Of a stretch of 57,423 nucleotides of DNA, positions 57,324 to 57,423 are shown piece by piece. Position 1 is the stretch's first letter; every line of letters starts with the position of its first letter. This DNA comes from Flavobacteriales bacterium (GTDB taxonomy: Bacteria; Bacteroidota; Bacteroidia; Flavobacteriales; CAJXXR01). The notes below the pieces were generated by a model. The model did no database searches, was not told the DNA's origin, and saw only the letters and a list, made by a program, of their open reading frames with translations. The position numbers and the translations under genes are program-made. Where the stretch lies: positions 1 through 57,423 of the forward strand of contig JBMYYR010000004.1 of the NCBI GenBank assembly GCA_049609625.1, written 5' to 3'.

Positions 57324-57423
57324 TTTGGACACGAACTGCCGACCTTCAGTTTGTAGGAATTTTAGAATATTGGGTTAAGAGAAACAAGTCGAATAGATTT
57401 TCAAAAAAGCTATTGAAATTAGT
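57305..57423 (+). CDS. ParE/RelE-family toxin, 5' part (runs off the window)
   Basis: Own translation from ATG 57305 gives MAKRNIVWTRTADLQFVGILEYWVKRNKSNRFSKKLLKL. This matches the N-terminal pattern of Bacteroidota RelE/ParE toxins (I.W...A......I..Y...RN.S..YS.KL). Confidence 0.65.
   Translation, partial: MAKRNIVWTRTADLQFVGILEYWVKRNKSNRFSKKLLKL

Noticed and set aside
1-57423. CRISPR arrays, intact IS elements, prophage modules, group II introns and retron-like repeats
   Set aside because: Reading both strands, I found no regularly spaced direct repeats, no transposase or reverse-transcriptase motifs and no phage structural genes. The only mobile-element traces are the relics listed under features.

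Overview
This 57.4-kb chromosomal segment reads like a low-GC Bacteroidota (Flavobacteriia-type) genome. Supporting marks are T9SS type-A and type-B C-terminal sorting domains, SprB repeats, a MurF-like/alanine-racemase fusion, a long (~320 aa) NusB, TAnnTTTG-type -7 boxes and no obvious Shine-Dalgarno use. About 55 tightly packed genes are present and most are housekeeping: nusB, birA, pyrE, a histidine kinase/response regulator pair, an rfbC-folP-cdaA-ddl-meaB block, tdk, tRNA-Pro/tRNA-Arg, rsmD, an E2 acyltransferase, mtaB, recR, prmA, dtd, rsgA, SurA-like PPIases, MoxR, guaB and sucC. Accessory or decaying material sits in four places. (i) At the left edge is a frame-broken, unusually short Rhs-family toxin gene whose unassigned hydrophobic C-terminal domain runs out of the window; a two-domain lipoprotein gene and a T9SS cargo gene precede it. 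(ii) A truncated RhuM-family gene lies at ~10.5 kb. (iii) A multiply frameshifted, truncated MBL-fold lipoprotein gene lies at 54.3-54.7 kb. (iv) At the right edge is a dead tyrosine-recombinase relic followed by an intact antitoxin plus ParE/RelE-like toxin pair that runs out of the window. I do not see a complete multi-gene system of unknown function inside the window. There is no CRISPR array, intact transposase or phage module. The best leads are the two window edges, whose continuation is not visible. All family calls rest on motif recognition by eye, not on database searches.
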